A stretch of 49,146 nucleotides of DNA from a virus: positions 1 to 49,146 of the IMG/VR virus record IMGVR_UViG_3300028886_000011; one strand, 5' to 3'. The notes beneath the pieces are model-generated. The model saw only the letters and a list, made by a program, of their open reading frames with translations, was not told where the DNA came from and made no database searches. Position numbers and translations under genes: made by a program. Below, piece after piece: positions 33,200-43,076 of the stretch (its first letter is position 1; every line of letters starts with the position of its first letter).

Positions 33200-35652
33200 G
33201 CGAACACAACTCCTCTCCGTGACATTTTTTCGGTGAATATCTGCATTAACAGGTCTGCGTTATCTTCCATATCCTCTCTGTTTCCGCTGACATTATCAAT
33301 ATTAAAATTAAAAATGTATGTTGCACTGTTACCCGATTTTTCGCTGATTTTGTCTGCTACTCTGTCAATCCATTGTGTATTTTGAGATAACGGCACGACA
33401 GCTTCATCTCCGTCACCCTCCAAATATCCGACTTGACCTTTTTTCAAAACGCCGCCCTGTGCAAGCCTCGGAAGTGTGACTGTTGGGATTGCGGAAATGC
33501 TAACACCAGGCAAATTATTTATCAAATCTATTGCACCGTTTACAGCATTCGGAATAAGGTTTAATGCACCCTCAACCGTCCATATAACCGCATTGATAGC
33601 CGTCTTAAACGCTCCGCCTATTGCTTCTGCCACCTTCGTACCGATAGTTGAAAACGTTGAAACAATACCGTCCCAAAGTCCACCGAAAAATTCACCGACT
33701 TTTGAAAATACACCTGTTATATCATTCCATATTTTTTTAGCACCTTCGACTATTCTGTCTATTAGCCACTGAAAACCACCAACAACGCCATTCCACAAAT
33801 CAGAAAACCAACGTCCGATAGCTTGTAAGCCCTCTTGATACCGCTCGCACAAAAACTCAAATCCCCATACCAGCTTGTCCCAGTATGTAATAACCTCGAC
33901 AATTACAGCAATTAACGCTACAACACCTGCAATTATAATTCCGACAGGATTTGCCGCCCATATTGCGTTTAATATGCCCCCACTTGTCGCAACTGCTTGC
34001 TGCACTGCGTTTACTATCGTCATGACAGTGTGATATGCTTTAATGCCTGCGGTAAGGCTTGCTATTAAAGTTATAATTGATGTCAACGTTGCAACCGCTG
34101 TTTTATTTTTGCCTATATCATCAAGTGTTTTTGCAAGACCAGATAAAAACTCGGAAAAAGCACCACCGTAAAAATCGACAATGTGGACTAAAAAATTATC
34201 CCATATAGACTTTAACGCCGCCCCCACGCTTTCGCCGATTGAAGCAATTAGTGTAAACGCCGATTTAATCACATCAAAAACAGGCTCTAAAACAGGAAAT
34301 TGGTCTTGCAAGGCATTTACCAAGCTGTCAAAAATCTGTCCGACTGCATCAACCAAAAGGGGTAAATTTTCAATAATGCTTGAAATTATGGCACTGAATA
34401 ACTGCACACCTATATCAACAAATTGAGGAATGTTTTTGATTATTTCAGCAGTTACCTTTTTGATAAGTTCTTTCAGCACACTTATCATTTCTTTGGTATT
34501 GCCTGTTCTTATCTTTTGCGTTAAATCACTCAAAGAATTTGCACCAAGTTTGACAAATTGGTTTAATGTAGGTGTAAGTTTATCGGATATTGCTATTTGT
34601 GCTCCCTCTAATGCCGACTTGAAAAGAGTTATATTACCTGTGAGATTATCAAGTTGAGTATTTGCCATTTCCCCCGCTGAATTTTTAGCTTCATCAATAG
34701 CATTAGAAACTTCATTCCATCTATCGGTATTGGTTGCAAGCAAAGCATTCACGGATTTTAAATCAACTTTGTTGAATATATCGCTCAATGCTTTTGTTTG
34801 GTCGCCCTGTGACATTGTAGAAAGTGTTTTGTTGAAGTCGGCAAATATTGATTGCAAATCCCTCATATTGCCTTGACCATCAAAAACTTCAACACTTAAT
34901 TTTTTTATAGCCTTTGCGGCTGTGTTTGTTGGTGCTGAAAGTGCAAGAATGATGTTTCTTAAAGCAGTACCACCCTCTGAACCCTTTACGCCATTATCCG
35001 CAAGCAAACCAAGAACAGTTGAAAGTTCGGTTGTACCCCCTGCAAGCGTTTTAGCTGTGCCGCCAACCGTCAACATAGCCTCTCCCAACTGTGAAACACT
35101 TGTGTTTGTTTTTGAGCTTGCTTTTGCCATTTGGTTAACAAGTTTTTCAGTTTGTTTAAGCGATAATCCTAACGCTGACTGTGTATCAGTAACCATGTCG
35201 GAGGCGGTCGCTAAATCCATACCGCCTGCCGCTGCAAGATTAAGGACATTCGGCAACATTTTCATTGATGTTTCAGCATCGTAACTTGCTAATGCCATAT
35301 AATTTAACGCTTCTGCCGCCTGACTTGCTGAAAAGGCTGTTTCACTACCCATTTTTTGAGCAAACTCACGCAAATTCTGAATATTATCAACAGTAGTCCC
35401 CATAGTTGCGGCAACCTGTGACATAGCACTGTCAAACTGCTGACCAACAGATATTGAGTTTTTAGCAAATCCCACTGCTGCTGTTGTTGTTGCACCTATC
35501 CCTGCAAGTGTCAATTTCCCAACTTTTGCCATTACATTTTTTATTTTTTCGCTGAAATTTTCTGCTTGTTTTGACGCTTTTACAAGTTTTTCATCGAAAT
35601 CAGACTTATCCATCATCAGCTTTGCAAAAAGTTCAAATACATTTACTGCCAT
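33196..35652 (-). CDS. Tape measure protein
   Basis: 818 aa. TP901-type core AFSASQAAEALNYMALASYDAETSMKMLPNVLNLAAAGGMDLATASDMVTD, plus helical and TM-rich segments. Confidence 0.9.
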   Translation of the reverse strand: MAVNVFELFAKLMMDKSDFDEKLVKASKQAENFSEKIKNVMAKVGKLTLAGIGATTTAAVGFAKNSISVGQQFDSAMSQVAATMGTTVDNIQNLREFAQKMGSETAFSASQAAEALNYMALASYDAETSMKMLPNVLNLAAAGGMDLATASDMVTDTQSALGLSLKQTEKLVNQMAKASSKTNTSVSQLGEAMLTVGGTAKTLAGGTTELSTVLGLLADNGVKGSEGGTALRNIILALSAPTNTAAKAIKKLSVEVFDGQGNMRDLQSIFADFNKTLSTMSQGDQTKALSDIFNKVDLKSVNALLATNTDRWNEVSNAIDEAKNSAGEMANTQLDNLTGNITLFKSALEGAQIAISDKLTPTLNQFVKLGANSLSDLTQKIRTGNTKEMISVLKELIKKVTAEIIKNIPQFVDIGVQLFSAIISSIIENLPLLVDAVGQIFDSLVNALQDQFPVLEPVFDVIKSAFTLIASIGESVGAALKSIWDNFLVHIVDFYGGAFSEFLSGLAKTLDDIGKNKTAVATLTSIITLIASLTAGIKAYHTVMTIVNAVQQAVATSGGILNAIWAANPVGIIIAGVVALIAVIVEVITYWDKLVWGFEFLCERYQEGLQAIGRWFSDLWNGVVGGFQWLIDRIVEGAKKIWNDITGVFSKVGEFFGGLWDGIVSTFSTIGTKVAEAIGGAFKTAINAVIWTVEGALNLIPNAVNGAIDLINNLPGVSISAIPTVTLPRLAQGGVLKKGQVGYLEGDGDEAVVPLSQNTQWIDRVADKISEKSGNSATYIFNFNIDNVSGNREDMEDNADLLMQIFTEKMSRRGVVFA

Positions 35653-36241
35653 TATCCCTCACCTCCCTGCACTTTGGGCTTTAAACCTGCACGCTTGATA
35701 ATATCAAAAGCGATTTCATCGCCAGTACGTGTTTCTTGTTTTTGTGTTGTCGGGTGTGTCCAATCCCAAAAGCTGATTTTTACGCCCGATAATGTTCGTA
35801 TATTCTCCGACATATACACACGGTATGCCGTTGTTTCTCGTTCTTGTTCAAATCTTGCAACGGCATAATGTAAAAATGCTCTTATATTTCGCCTGTTGCC
35901 GTTGTATTCTCCGTAACTGCGACTGAAACAGGATTTTCCTCCGTCTGTCGCTGTGAACTGAAAAAACTTATCAATTCCGTATCATTCAAAATTTCCATGA
36001 TTTTTACAGGCAATGTCAAAATGTTGCACTCATATTTTTCAACAGGCACATTGTCAAGGCGTGCCAAAATTTCAATGATTTCTGTTTTGTGACCTTTTAT
36101 AGCCGCCTTAATTCCCGAAATTTTATCGCCTTTTTCAAATGCCTGTTTAACGTCTTTATCGGAAAATATTTTTGCAGACGGTTCAAGAATATCCGCAAGA
36201 ATATCAAGTGCTTCCTCATTCTTATATTCCGAAAGTTTCAT
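35652..36241 (-). CDS. Tail assembly chaperone, -1 frameshift product (gpGT-like, 196 aa)
   Basis: Slippery T_TTT_TTC at 35966-35960 lies in the correct phase. The -1 frame is open from there to TAA 35654-35652, which overlaps the tape measure ATG. Confidence 0.65.
35882..36241 (-). CDS. Tail assembly chaperone (gpG-like)
   Basis: 119-aa acidic ORF between the major tail protein and the tape measure. Confidence 0.75.
   Translation of the reverse strand: MKLSEYKNEEALDILADILEPSAKIFSDKDVKQAFEKGDKISGIKAAIKGHKTEIIEILARLDNVPVEKYECNILTLPVKIMEILNDTELISFFSSQRQTEENPVSVAVTENTTATGEI
35960..35966 (-). promoter_or_regulatory. -1 programmed frameshift heptamer TTTTTTC
   Basis: X_XXY_YYZ phase was checked against the ATG at 36241 (AGT TTT TTC). 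Confidence 0.6.
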
Positions 36242-36253
36242 GTTGCCCTCCGT

Positions 36254-36982
36254 TTATGCTGCCGGTTCGTCTGTTCCTGCCTTAATGTATGCAACAAGCG
36301 GTACAGTATTGGGAGAATTTATGCTGTAATGCCCCATAAAGTCAAAACTGAACTGTCCTTTGTCCTTGTCGTTTGATTTGATGTTGATACCGCTTGTATT
36401 CAGTGCATTTTTGATTGTTGCCGCAAGCAAACCGCCGTTTGTTTCGCCGTTTTTTCGTGAATAATCGCCAATCCATGTAATATCCTCAAAGTCGCTATCT
36501 TCAAGCACACTTTTTGGAGTTATTGTTATCATGCTTACCGTTTTTTCGTAGTAGCTCGAAAGACTGCTTGCACTTGGTGTTGTAACAAGCGTATAAACAT
36601 AATTCGGGCTTGTGCCTGAACGTGTATAGTATTTTTTGCCCGTAACAAGTGAGCTGTCAGATGTCAAAGAGTATTCTTCACCCGTGATACCTGCTGCACC
36701 GATAAGCATTTTCATAAGTGCCGGTGTAATGCTTACAAAAGTTCCAGACGCTTTCACTTCGTAATGGTCAATAGTTTTCAATTCTTTCATGTTCAGCGGC
36801 ATATTGTCAATGCCCTCACCCATATCCTTGAATGTAGGCACTGCACTTATGGTAAAACCGCCGCTTGTTGCTCCGATTATTTCAGTAAATGCACCTGTTG
36901 ACGAGTTAAAGCCTCTTACAAGTATTCCTGCATTAAGCTGTATTTCTTCAAAAACCGAAACAGGCACTTGTGTATATTTCAT
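36254..36982 (-). CDS. Major tail protein
   Basis: 242-aa ORF immediately upstream of the chaperone pair. Confidence 0.7.
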   Translation of the reverse strand: MKYTQVPVSVFEEIQLNAGILVRGFNSSTGAFTEIIGATSGGFTISAVPTFKDMGEGIDNMPLNMKELKTIDHYEVKASGTFVSITPALMKMLIGAAGITGEEYSLTSDSSLVTGKKYYTRSGTSPNYVYTLVTTPSASSLSSYYEKTVSMITITPKSVLEDSDFEDITWIGDYSRKNGETNGGLLAATIKNALNTSGINIKSNDKDKGQFSFDFMGHYSINSPNTVPLVAYIKAGTDEPAA

Positions 36983-36988
36983 TTTTTA

Positions 36989-37357
36989 TCACTCCTGTGT
37001 TATGTATTCTGCTGCTATTGTCAGCAACGTTCGTTTTACTTCTCCGTCATCTGCCATTCTTTGGGCGAATGGTGACGACCGTTTTATCCATACCAAACCA
37101 TTGTCAATTTCAAGGGTTATACCGCCGTAACCGATATAGTTTGATATTCTGTTTGTCATATTGTCAAGGTACGTCCATGAGTTGGTACGATACCACACGG
37201 ACGCTGACATTATGGTTATGTCCCCGATACTGCCCGTTGACACGTTGTATGTGATGTACGGCATTGGTGCATTATCGGGAACGCTGTTTTCATCATAAGC
37301 GGTTATGCCGAAACTGCTCCAAAAACTGTGTATTGCCTGTTGTTTATCCATCGTCAA
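36989..37357 (-). CDS. Tail terminator-like protein
   Basis: Assigned by position and size (122 aa). Contains PMPYITYNV. Confidence 0.45.
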   Translation of the reverse strand: MTMDKQQAIHSFWSSFGITAYDENSVPDNAPMPYITYNVSTGSIGDITIMSASVWYRTNSWTYLDNMTNRISNYIGYGGITLEIDNGLVWIKRSSPFAQRMADDGEVKRTLLTIAAEYITQE

Positions 37358-37731
37358 CCGCTCCCGTAACTGTCGGGGATTGTGCTCGGCAATGTGTATT
37401 CTTCGGCTGATACTTGACGCATATTCAGCGTTGCAGACACTGGGGTTTTGTTGTCGTCACCGTCTGATGTTGCACGGAAAATCTTCCCATCGCTCACACG
37501 CTTGAATATATCGTGATATTGCAGATTGATTGATTTTGTTGTAGTAACTTTATAAACGCCTGTTACTCCTTGCTGCTCTGCAATTTTAGCTTGGATAGAA
37601 CTGTCAAGTATAATTGCCGCCTGAAACTCTGCACCATCGACAAAAACATAATCAAAACCACCCCTGCCGTCCGACGCGGTTGTTTTGTCAATCATCACAC
37701 AATTTTCCATGTATTCATCAAGTAAACTCAT
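37354..37731 (-). CDS. Head-tail adaptor / head closure protein
   Basis: ATG 37731 follows GGAGGAAAAT. A DGRGGF...FQAAI...Y.V pattern as in Phage_H_T_join proteins. Confidence 0.5.
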   Translation of the reverse strand: MSLLDEYMENCVMIDKTTASDGRGGFDYVFVDGAEFQAAIILDSSIQAKIAEQQGVTGVYKVTTTKSINLQYHDIFKRVSDGKIFRATSDGDDNKTPVSATLNMRQVSAEEYTLPSTIPDSYGSG

Positions 37732-38174
37732 ATTTTCCTCCACTTTGCCAATCTTGCCCCAAACGCACCCTGCCACGTCCCTGATTTGTCTTTTGATGTA
37801 TCGGAACTGCCACCGCTTGATTTGCTGTATGAATATCCACCGAAACCTTCGGAATTGTATGGTGACATCATACTACTGTCAACAACTCCGTATTTTGTCT
37901 GCCATTCCGATATTTCCGAAACAATGCTTATAAAGTCGGGCGGGCAAGCCATAGCCCACACCGCCCCTTTGAATACTTCATCTGTCAATGTCAAGTTACT
38001 ATCGTTTTTGTACACCCCGTCATTGAATGTGCTGCCGATTATGCGGAAATACTGATTTGGTTTTAATTGACAATCGGTTGACAAACTGCCGTTTTCTATG
38101 ACGATTTCCCCGAATGTTTTCGGTTGATTTTTGTCAAACCAATTTCGGAGATACGCACATATTTCACTCAGCAC
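37728..38174 (-). CDS. Head-tail connector protein (putative)
   Basis: First gene after the capsid gene, 148 aa. Confidence 0.45.
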   Translation of the reverse strand: MLSEICAYLRNWFDKNQPKTFGEIVIENGSLSTDCQLKPNQYFRIIGSTFNDGVYKNDSNLTLTDEVFKGAVWAMACPPDFISIVSEISEWQTKYGVVDSSMMSPYNSEGFGGYSYSKSSGGSSDTSKDKSGTWQGAFGARLAKWRKI

Positions 38175-38189
38175 TTCACGTCACTCCTA

Positions 38190-39317
38190 TCAGGTTACAG
38201 TTACAACACAGGTTGCTGTGTATGTCTTACCGCCCTCAGTTATGCTCGCCGTGATTGTAGACGAACCTGCGGCAACACCCGTCACAAGACCTGTATTAGA
38301 CACAGTTGCCTTGCCTGTCGCACTTGAAGTCCATGTCACACTCGCAGTTGACGGTACAACGGTTGCAGTAAGTTGTTTAGTGTGATTTGTTCCACTTGCA
38401 GCGGTTACAGATACAGCGTTATAGTCAAGGCTTATTGACGGACTAAACTGTATATTTGCAATACCGTCAAGATATTCAGCAAACAGACCGATACCCGAAA
38501 TCATAACCATTTCTGATACTGCTCTGTTAGATATACCCGAAATATCCACACCGATAAGATTGGTTTCGCCATCGGTGACGAAGTCAAATCCTGCTTTATT
38601 GAAATCACTATCCGCAACATTGATGTAATACATAACAATGTTTTCGGCAGGAGTGGCAAAGACTTTACCGGACGGAATTTTTGATGTCATAAACAGTTTA
38701 GAAAATCCCAAAAAGTCTTTGAGATAGTCCATGCCGAATTCACGCTGTACAGTGATATTAGCTGCACCAAGATAGCGGTACACATCGAGCGTATTGCAAA
38801 ATCCGATTATTTGTGAATAACCTCTGTTCATATCTTCCCACTTTTTGGATACCTGTCCGATTGCTTCGGCAACCGCTGACTGGAAATCTGATGTTGCATA
38901 AGTGGAAGTCAGTGTACCGGTCTGTATGAAGCTCATGAAATTAGTAACAATTTTATTTTCCATCTTATACAGCATATCATCGTCTGCTGCTTGAACCGCT
39001 ACATCATAGCCGGATTTTGCGATTGCTTCGAGTGTTACACCAACTGCCTGTTTGTCAAATGTGATAGTACCCAAGTCAACTTCGGTATAGTTGACATCGT
39101 TGTAAGGTATCTCGTCACCCTCTGCAACACTGGAGGTGTTGAGTGTTACCTCTGCTTTTTTGGCAACAAGTTTTGTGCCGGGTGCTTTTCTTTCCATGCG
39201 GATTGCACCCATAATATCATTAAGTACTTTTATTTCCCTTGTAAATCTTGTCACAAAGTCAACGGCTCTCACGCTGACCATGCTTGTTGTGGTTACTGTA
39301 TTAGTTTTTACTGGCAT
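38190..39317 (-). CDS. Major capsid protein with a C-terminal Big_2 (Ig-like) domain
   Basis: Follows the scaffold gene. The C-terminus LTATVVPSTASVTWTSSATGKATVSNTGLVTGVAAGSSTITASI is a Big_2 signature. Confidence 0.8.
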   Translation of the reverse strand: MPVKTNTVTTTSMVSVRAVDFVTRFTREIKVLNDIMGAIRMERKAPGTKLVAKKAEVTLNTSSVAEGDEIPYNDVNYTEVDLGTITFDKQAVGVTLEAIAKSGYDVAVQAADDDMLYKMENKIVTNFMSFIQTGTLTSTYATSDFQSAVAEAIGQVSKKWEDMNRGYSQIIGFCNTLDVYRYLGAANITVQREFGMDYLKDFLGFSKLFMTSKIPSGKVFATPAENIVMYYINVADSDFNKAGFDFVTDGETNLIGVDISGISNRAVSEMVMISGIGLFAEYLDGIANIQFSPSISLDYNAVSVTAASGTNHTKQLTATVVPSTASVTWTSSATGKATVSNTGLVTGVAAGSSTITASITEGGKTYTATCVVTVT

Positions 39318-39332
39318 TTATTTTCCCTCTTT

Positions 39333-39983
39333 TCATTCTCGTTTCGGCAGCCCGAACAGTTCGGGATTTTCTGCAATCTTTTTCTGTCGTTCTGCCGTGT
39401 TTTTGATATTCATAATTTCTTCTTTGGTGATTGATTTACCGCCTGTATTCTGTGGCGGTGTCGCTGTTTTTGCTCCCTCAACCCGTGTTGTGCCGTGATA
39501 CTCGCCCCACTCGCCTTTTACGCTTTCAGAGAGTTTATCAGCGTTTTTGATATTGCCGTCTTTGTCAAATTCGGGGGTATAACCGCCATATTTGACAATT
39601 TTTCCTGCACCTGTTTCGGAATAACCCTGCGACAACAACCATTTTTTAAACGCTGTGTCCGACTGAGCTTTTTTCTCTTTGTCGTCAACTTCTGACTTGT
39701 ATTTGTCATAGTCTGCCTTTGTGGTTTCATACTTTCCTTTGTAATCTTCCATTTTGGCAAGCTGGCTTTTGACGTTTTCAAGCTCTGCTGACTGTGCATC
39801 AAATTTTGTCTTTATGTCAGTGTAGTTCTGGCTGTTGGCTTTGAGTTCGGCAATATCATCTTTGAGTGCGTCAACCGTTGCGTTGTGACCTGTAATAATT
39901 TCCTCTATTGCAGTATCCATATTTTCGGCTGAAACGCCTGCTTTTGACAGAATTTCCTTTATCTGACTTCTTTTGAGTGACAT
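39333..39983 (-). CDS. Scaffolding protein
   Basis: Coiled-coil, charged, 216 aa, immediately upstream of the capsid gene. Confidence 0.75.
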   Translation of the reverse strand: MSLKRSQIKEILSKAGVSAENMDTAIEEIITGHNATVDALKDDIAELKANSQNYTDIKTKFDAQSAELENVKSQLAKMEDYKGKYETTKADYDKYKSEVDDKEKKAQSDTAFKKWLLSQGYSETGAGKIVKYGGYTPEFDKDGNIKNADKLSESVKGEWGEYHGTTRVEGAKTATPPQNTGGKSITKEEIMNIKNTAERQKKIAENPELFGLPKRE

Positions 39984-40037
39984 AATAAAATTTCTCCTTT
40001 CCCTCGGTGACGTTCCTTTGTCATTTGAAATTTACCG

Positions 40038-40087
40038 TAAAAACACAAAAAGAGCCGAAAGACACGTTACTTTGTGTCAATCGGCTC
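40038..40087 (-). terminator. Intrinsic terminator overlapping the end of the Com-like gene
   Basis: Minus strand: GAGCCGA-tt-GACAC-aaagtaac-GTGTC-tt-TCGGCTC, followed by TTTTTGTGTTTTT. Confidence 0.6.
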
Positions 40088-40273
40088 AACGGCTCTATTC
40101 CAATATTCAACTGTGGATATACCATCAGCACGGCTCATAGGCTCAGTATATTGCATATACGGCTGTGGTAATATCACTACGGGAATTTGTTTTTTACATT
40201 CCTTACAATAAACCTCAATGCGTCCATTTCGATTATATGCGACTATTTTCCCACAATTACATCGAATAGGCAT
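40067..40273 (-). CDS. Com-like zinc-finger protein
   Basis: MPIRCNCGKIVAYNRNGRIEVYCKECKKQI resembles the Mu Com pattern (RC.xC ... C.xC). Confidence 0.5.
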   Translation of the reverse strand: MPIRCNCGKIVAYNRNGRIEVYCKECKKQIPVVILPQPYMQYTEPMSRADGISTVEYWNRAVEPIDTK

Positions 40274-40349
40274 TTCGTTTTTTGCGTTTTTACTTATACT
40301 AATAGTATATCACCCCTCAACAAAAAAGTCAATAACATACAAAAAGTAT

Positions 40350-40508
40350 TTATTTATATTTGCAAATTCGAGTTACTGTTTTCAGCTTTTCAAACTCTTT
40401 TATTTTGCAGTACAGCAACGGCAAATATCTCCATGATACAATTTTGTATTCTTCTTTCAATTCGTCAATCTGTCTTTGCAAATCGTTTATATATTCGTCT
40501 CTTGTCAT
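40350..40508 (-). CDS. Small hypothetical protein (52 aa)
   Basis: ATGA overlap with the upstream stop. Sequence begins MTRDEYINDLQRQIDELKEEYK... Confidence 0.45.
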   Translation of the reverse strand: MTRDEYINDLQRQIDELKEEYKIVSWRYLPLLYCKIKEFEKLKTVTRICKYK

Positions 40509-41017
40509 CTTTCACCTTTTAACACTTTTTCAACATCATCTCTTAATTTGTCAATGTTATTCATAATAGCATTTCTCAAAAATCGGTTTGGTTTCATGCC
40601 GTTTGTCATGTGTGCGTTAAGACCTTTTGACCGCATAATAGCAACAATTTTCCTTGCTTCGTTATAAGTGTACCTTTTGCCTGACGATCTGCTATGATTA
40701 TTGCCGCCAATGACAAACACCCAATACTTATCGCCCGTACTGCCCAAACTGTTGTATTTGCCTGTTCCCTCATGCACATATATAGCATATTGCATATTCG
40801 TTCCAACAATAACCGACCTGTCTTTTACGGTGTGAGTTATACTGTTTCTTAATGCTCCTGTGTCTATTCTCGGAGGGTCTTTTTGGAGTTCAAGTTTTGC
40901 TTCATCTTCAACAAACTTCCCGACACGCTCCAATGCTCTTTGTATCGCTTCGTCCGTTGCACGTCTGACTAAATCAGTATTATCCGTCAATGTTACTCTT
41001 GTTATATTTGTCGCCAT
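40505..41017 (-). CDS. HK97 gp10-family protein
   Basis: IDTGALRNSITHTV ... YAIYVHEGTG. Confidence 0.6.
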   Translation of the reverse strand: MATNITRVTLTDNTDLVRRATDEAIQRALERVGKFVEDEAKLELQKDPPRIDTGALRNSITHTVKDRSVIVGTNMQYAIYVHEGTGKYNSLGSTGDKYWVFVIGGNNHSRSSGKRYTYNEARKIVAIMRSKGLNAHMTNGMKPNRFLRNAIMNNIDKLRDDVEKVLKGER

Positions 41018-41026
41018 TGTATCACC

Positions 41027-42007
41027 TCATCTTTGAGTATATTTCGGTTTGCTTGCTTTCCATTCTTCATAGGATTTCCCGTCAAGTTTTGTAAGACTTC
41101 TTCCCGATAAATCGTGTTCAAGCCCTACCATTTGCTCTATAAGTGTACACCGACAATTATAGACCTCACTCGGCTTCCCCTGTGGGTCACCAGGATAACG
41201 ACAACCGTTAGAGAATTTACCGCCTATTTTTATTCTTTCGCCGTCAAGTTGTCGGTGTGAATGTCGTGTCCTGCCATCAAGAGTTGCTACCCACTGCATT
41301 TCACCCTCAATTCCCATTTTTTCGGCTCGTTTATATGCGTCCACTCTGCCAGCGTTTTGTGCTCCCGTGTACATTGTCCTTGCATACCTCACGGAATTTG
41401 AATAATTGCTGTTTGTAACTTTCTGCATTCGTTGTGCAAGGTTCGTTATTGCTTCCCCTTGCAGTATGCCTTGCAACAACTCTGACTGCACTTTCTTTTT
41501 GTTCCATGCAATGTCTTTCCCTGCCGCAATAGCACGTGCCACCTTTGAATTTGGCTCGGGAGGCGGTAATAAGTCGGGGTGTTCCCTGATTAACCGCTCC
41601 ACCGTCTGCCTGTCATACAAAACATATGATGTATCAATCATGGCTTTTTGCTCAATCTCGAATGTTCCATAATTGTGGTTGAGTGCGTACACATCGGGGA
41701 TATGCCCGTACACGATACTTCGGGCAATATCGTTGACATTGTGCATATCTTCGGCAAGAACATCTCTCATTTCTTCCCACCGTCTGCCGACAATAATTTG
41801 TCCCTGTCGCCAGTTGATGTATTCCTGCTGTGTGAGTTCACCTCTTGCGACCTGTGCTTGTCGTTCCTTATCCTTTTGCTTAAATGCTTTCAAATAGTTG
41901 CTCAGCTTTTTTTGTGTTTCCTTTGCAGCTCTTTGGTATTCTCTCCGCAATTCGCTCTCGACCTGTGCAAGCATAATGTCTGTTTGCTCATGTGCATAAT
42001 CTGCCAT
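41027..42007 (-). CDS. Head morphogenesis protein (MuF / SPP1 gp7 family)
   Basis: WVATLDGRTRHSHRQLDGE and NCRCTL motifs. Confidence 0.85.
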   Translation of the reverse strand: MADYAHEQTDIMLAQVESELRREYQRAAKETQKKLSNYLKAFKQKDKERQAQVARGELTQQEYINWRQGQIIVGRRWEEMRDVLAEDMHNVNDIARSIVYGHIPDVYALNHNYGTFEIEQKAMIDTSYVLYDRQTVERLIREHPDLLPPPEPNSKVARAIAAGKDIAWNKKKVQSELLQGILQGEAITNLAQRMQKVTNSNYSNSVRYARTMYTGAQNAGRVDAYKRAEKMGIEGEMQWVATLDGRTRHSHRQLDGERIKIGGKFSNGCRYPGDPQGKPSEVYNCRCTLIEQMVGLEHDLSGRSLTKLDGKSYEEWKASKPKYTQR

Positions 42008-42752
42008 TATTGCACCGCCTTATTTTTGTTTTTTGTGCCTGTTCAATCCTGTTCTTTGCAAGCTCAAAATAGTGTTCGTCAAGTTCTATCCCGATAAAGT
42101 TGCGATTTGTATTTACACACGCAACGCCTGTACTTCCTGCCCCCATGCAGTTATCAAGCACCGTTTCACCCTCATTTGTGTATGTCTTTATGAGATACTC
42201 CAACAAATCAACGGGCTTTTGTGTCGGGTGTACGGGCTTATCTTTGGAACAGTTGCATTGTGCAAATTTTATCACATCAACAGGATAACGGCTTCCGTCC
42301 TCACAAATTGTTTCACACAAATCTTGTTTTCCATAATTTGTACTTGATTTATTATGTATTGCACGATAATATTTGTGTCCGAATGTCTTTTGCGGATTAT
42401 AAGTCGGAAGTTTATCGTAAAAAATCAAGATGTTTTCGTGTGCTTTCAACGGCATTTTGTGAGAATTTAAATGCCCTGTCCCTTGTGCTTTCTGCCATAT
42501 CCATTCATAGCGGAATTGCTTTCTGTTTGCTTGTATCAAATCAGTTGTAAAAGGTTGTTGAGAAAATAGTGCTATTGCCCCCCCAATTTTCACTAATTTT
42601 CGATATTCAGCAAAAAGTACTTGTAAATCAATCTTTTTATCCCATTTGTTCATCGTTGTTCCAAACGGTAAATCACACAACACCATATCAACAGACTTGT
42701 CGGGAATGTCTTTCATCAAGTCCAAACAATCACCTTGATACAATGTCACCAT
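41988..42752 (-). CDS. N6-adenine / N4-cytosine DNA methyltransferase (beta class)
   Basis: DLPFG (a DPPY variant) at the N-terminus, HPTQKPVDLLEYLI, and VLDNCMGAGSTG (SAM site) at the C-terminus. Confidence 0.85.
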   Translation of the reverse strand: MVTLYQGDCLDLMKDIPDKSVDMVLCDLPFGTTMNKWDKKIDLQVLFAEYRKLVKIGGAIALFSQQPFTTDLIQANRKQFRYEWIWQKAQGTGHLNSHKMPLKAHENILIFYDKLPTYNPQKTFGHKYYRAIHNKSSTNYGKQDLCETICEDGSRYPVDVIKFAQCNCSKDKPVHPTQKPVDLLEYLIKTYTNEGETVLDNCMGAGSTGVACVNTNRNFIGIELDEHYFELAKNRIEQAQKTKIRRCNNGRLCT

Positions 42753-42801
42753 TGCCTTACCCCTCCGAAACGGCTGTTTATGAAATCTTCAAATGTCATT
42801 G

Positions 42802-43014
42802 TCATTCCTCCGAACTGTCAAGGTTATACAGTTTTTCAATATAATCCATGCGAATCTTGTTAAGTTCGGTATAAAAGAGATTGTGCTCTAAAACCTTTGA
42901 GGAGTTGATAAAACTATCAAACATTTTCGTACGTTTTTCCATGCCGTTTATTGCTTTTATCAATTCTTTACGATATTCTTCTTTTGTGATTTTCTTGTTT
43001 TCAAAATCCATCAT
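42802..43014 (-). CDS. Hypothetical protein
   Basis: 70-aa ORF. Confidence 0.5.
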   Translation of the reverse strand: MMDFENKKITKEEYRKELIKAINGMEKRTKMFDSFINSSKVLEHNLFYTELNKIRMDYIEKLYNLDSSEE

Positions 43015-43076
43015 TTACACCCTCCACAACAACCGTATTCCACATTTTTGTTAAATACATTGCACATAATAGACCT

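Noticed and set aside
35304-35495. ORF beginning MQQQQQQ inside the tape measure gene
   Set aside because: It is an off-frame reading of the tape measure gene (GCAACAACAACAGCAGCAGT codes for ATTTAAV in the real frame). It is not an independent gene.
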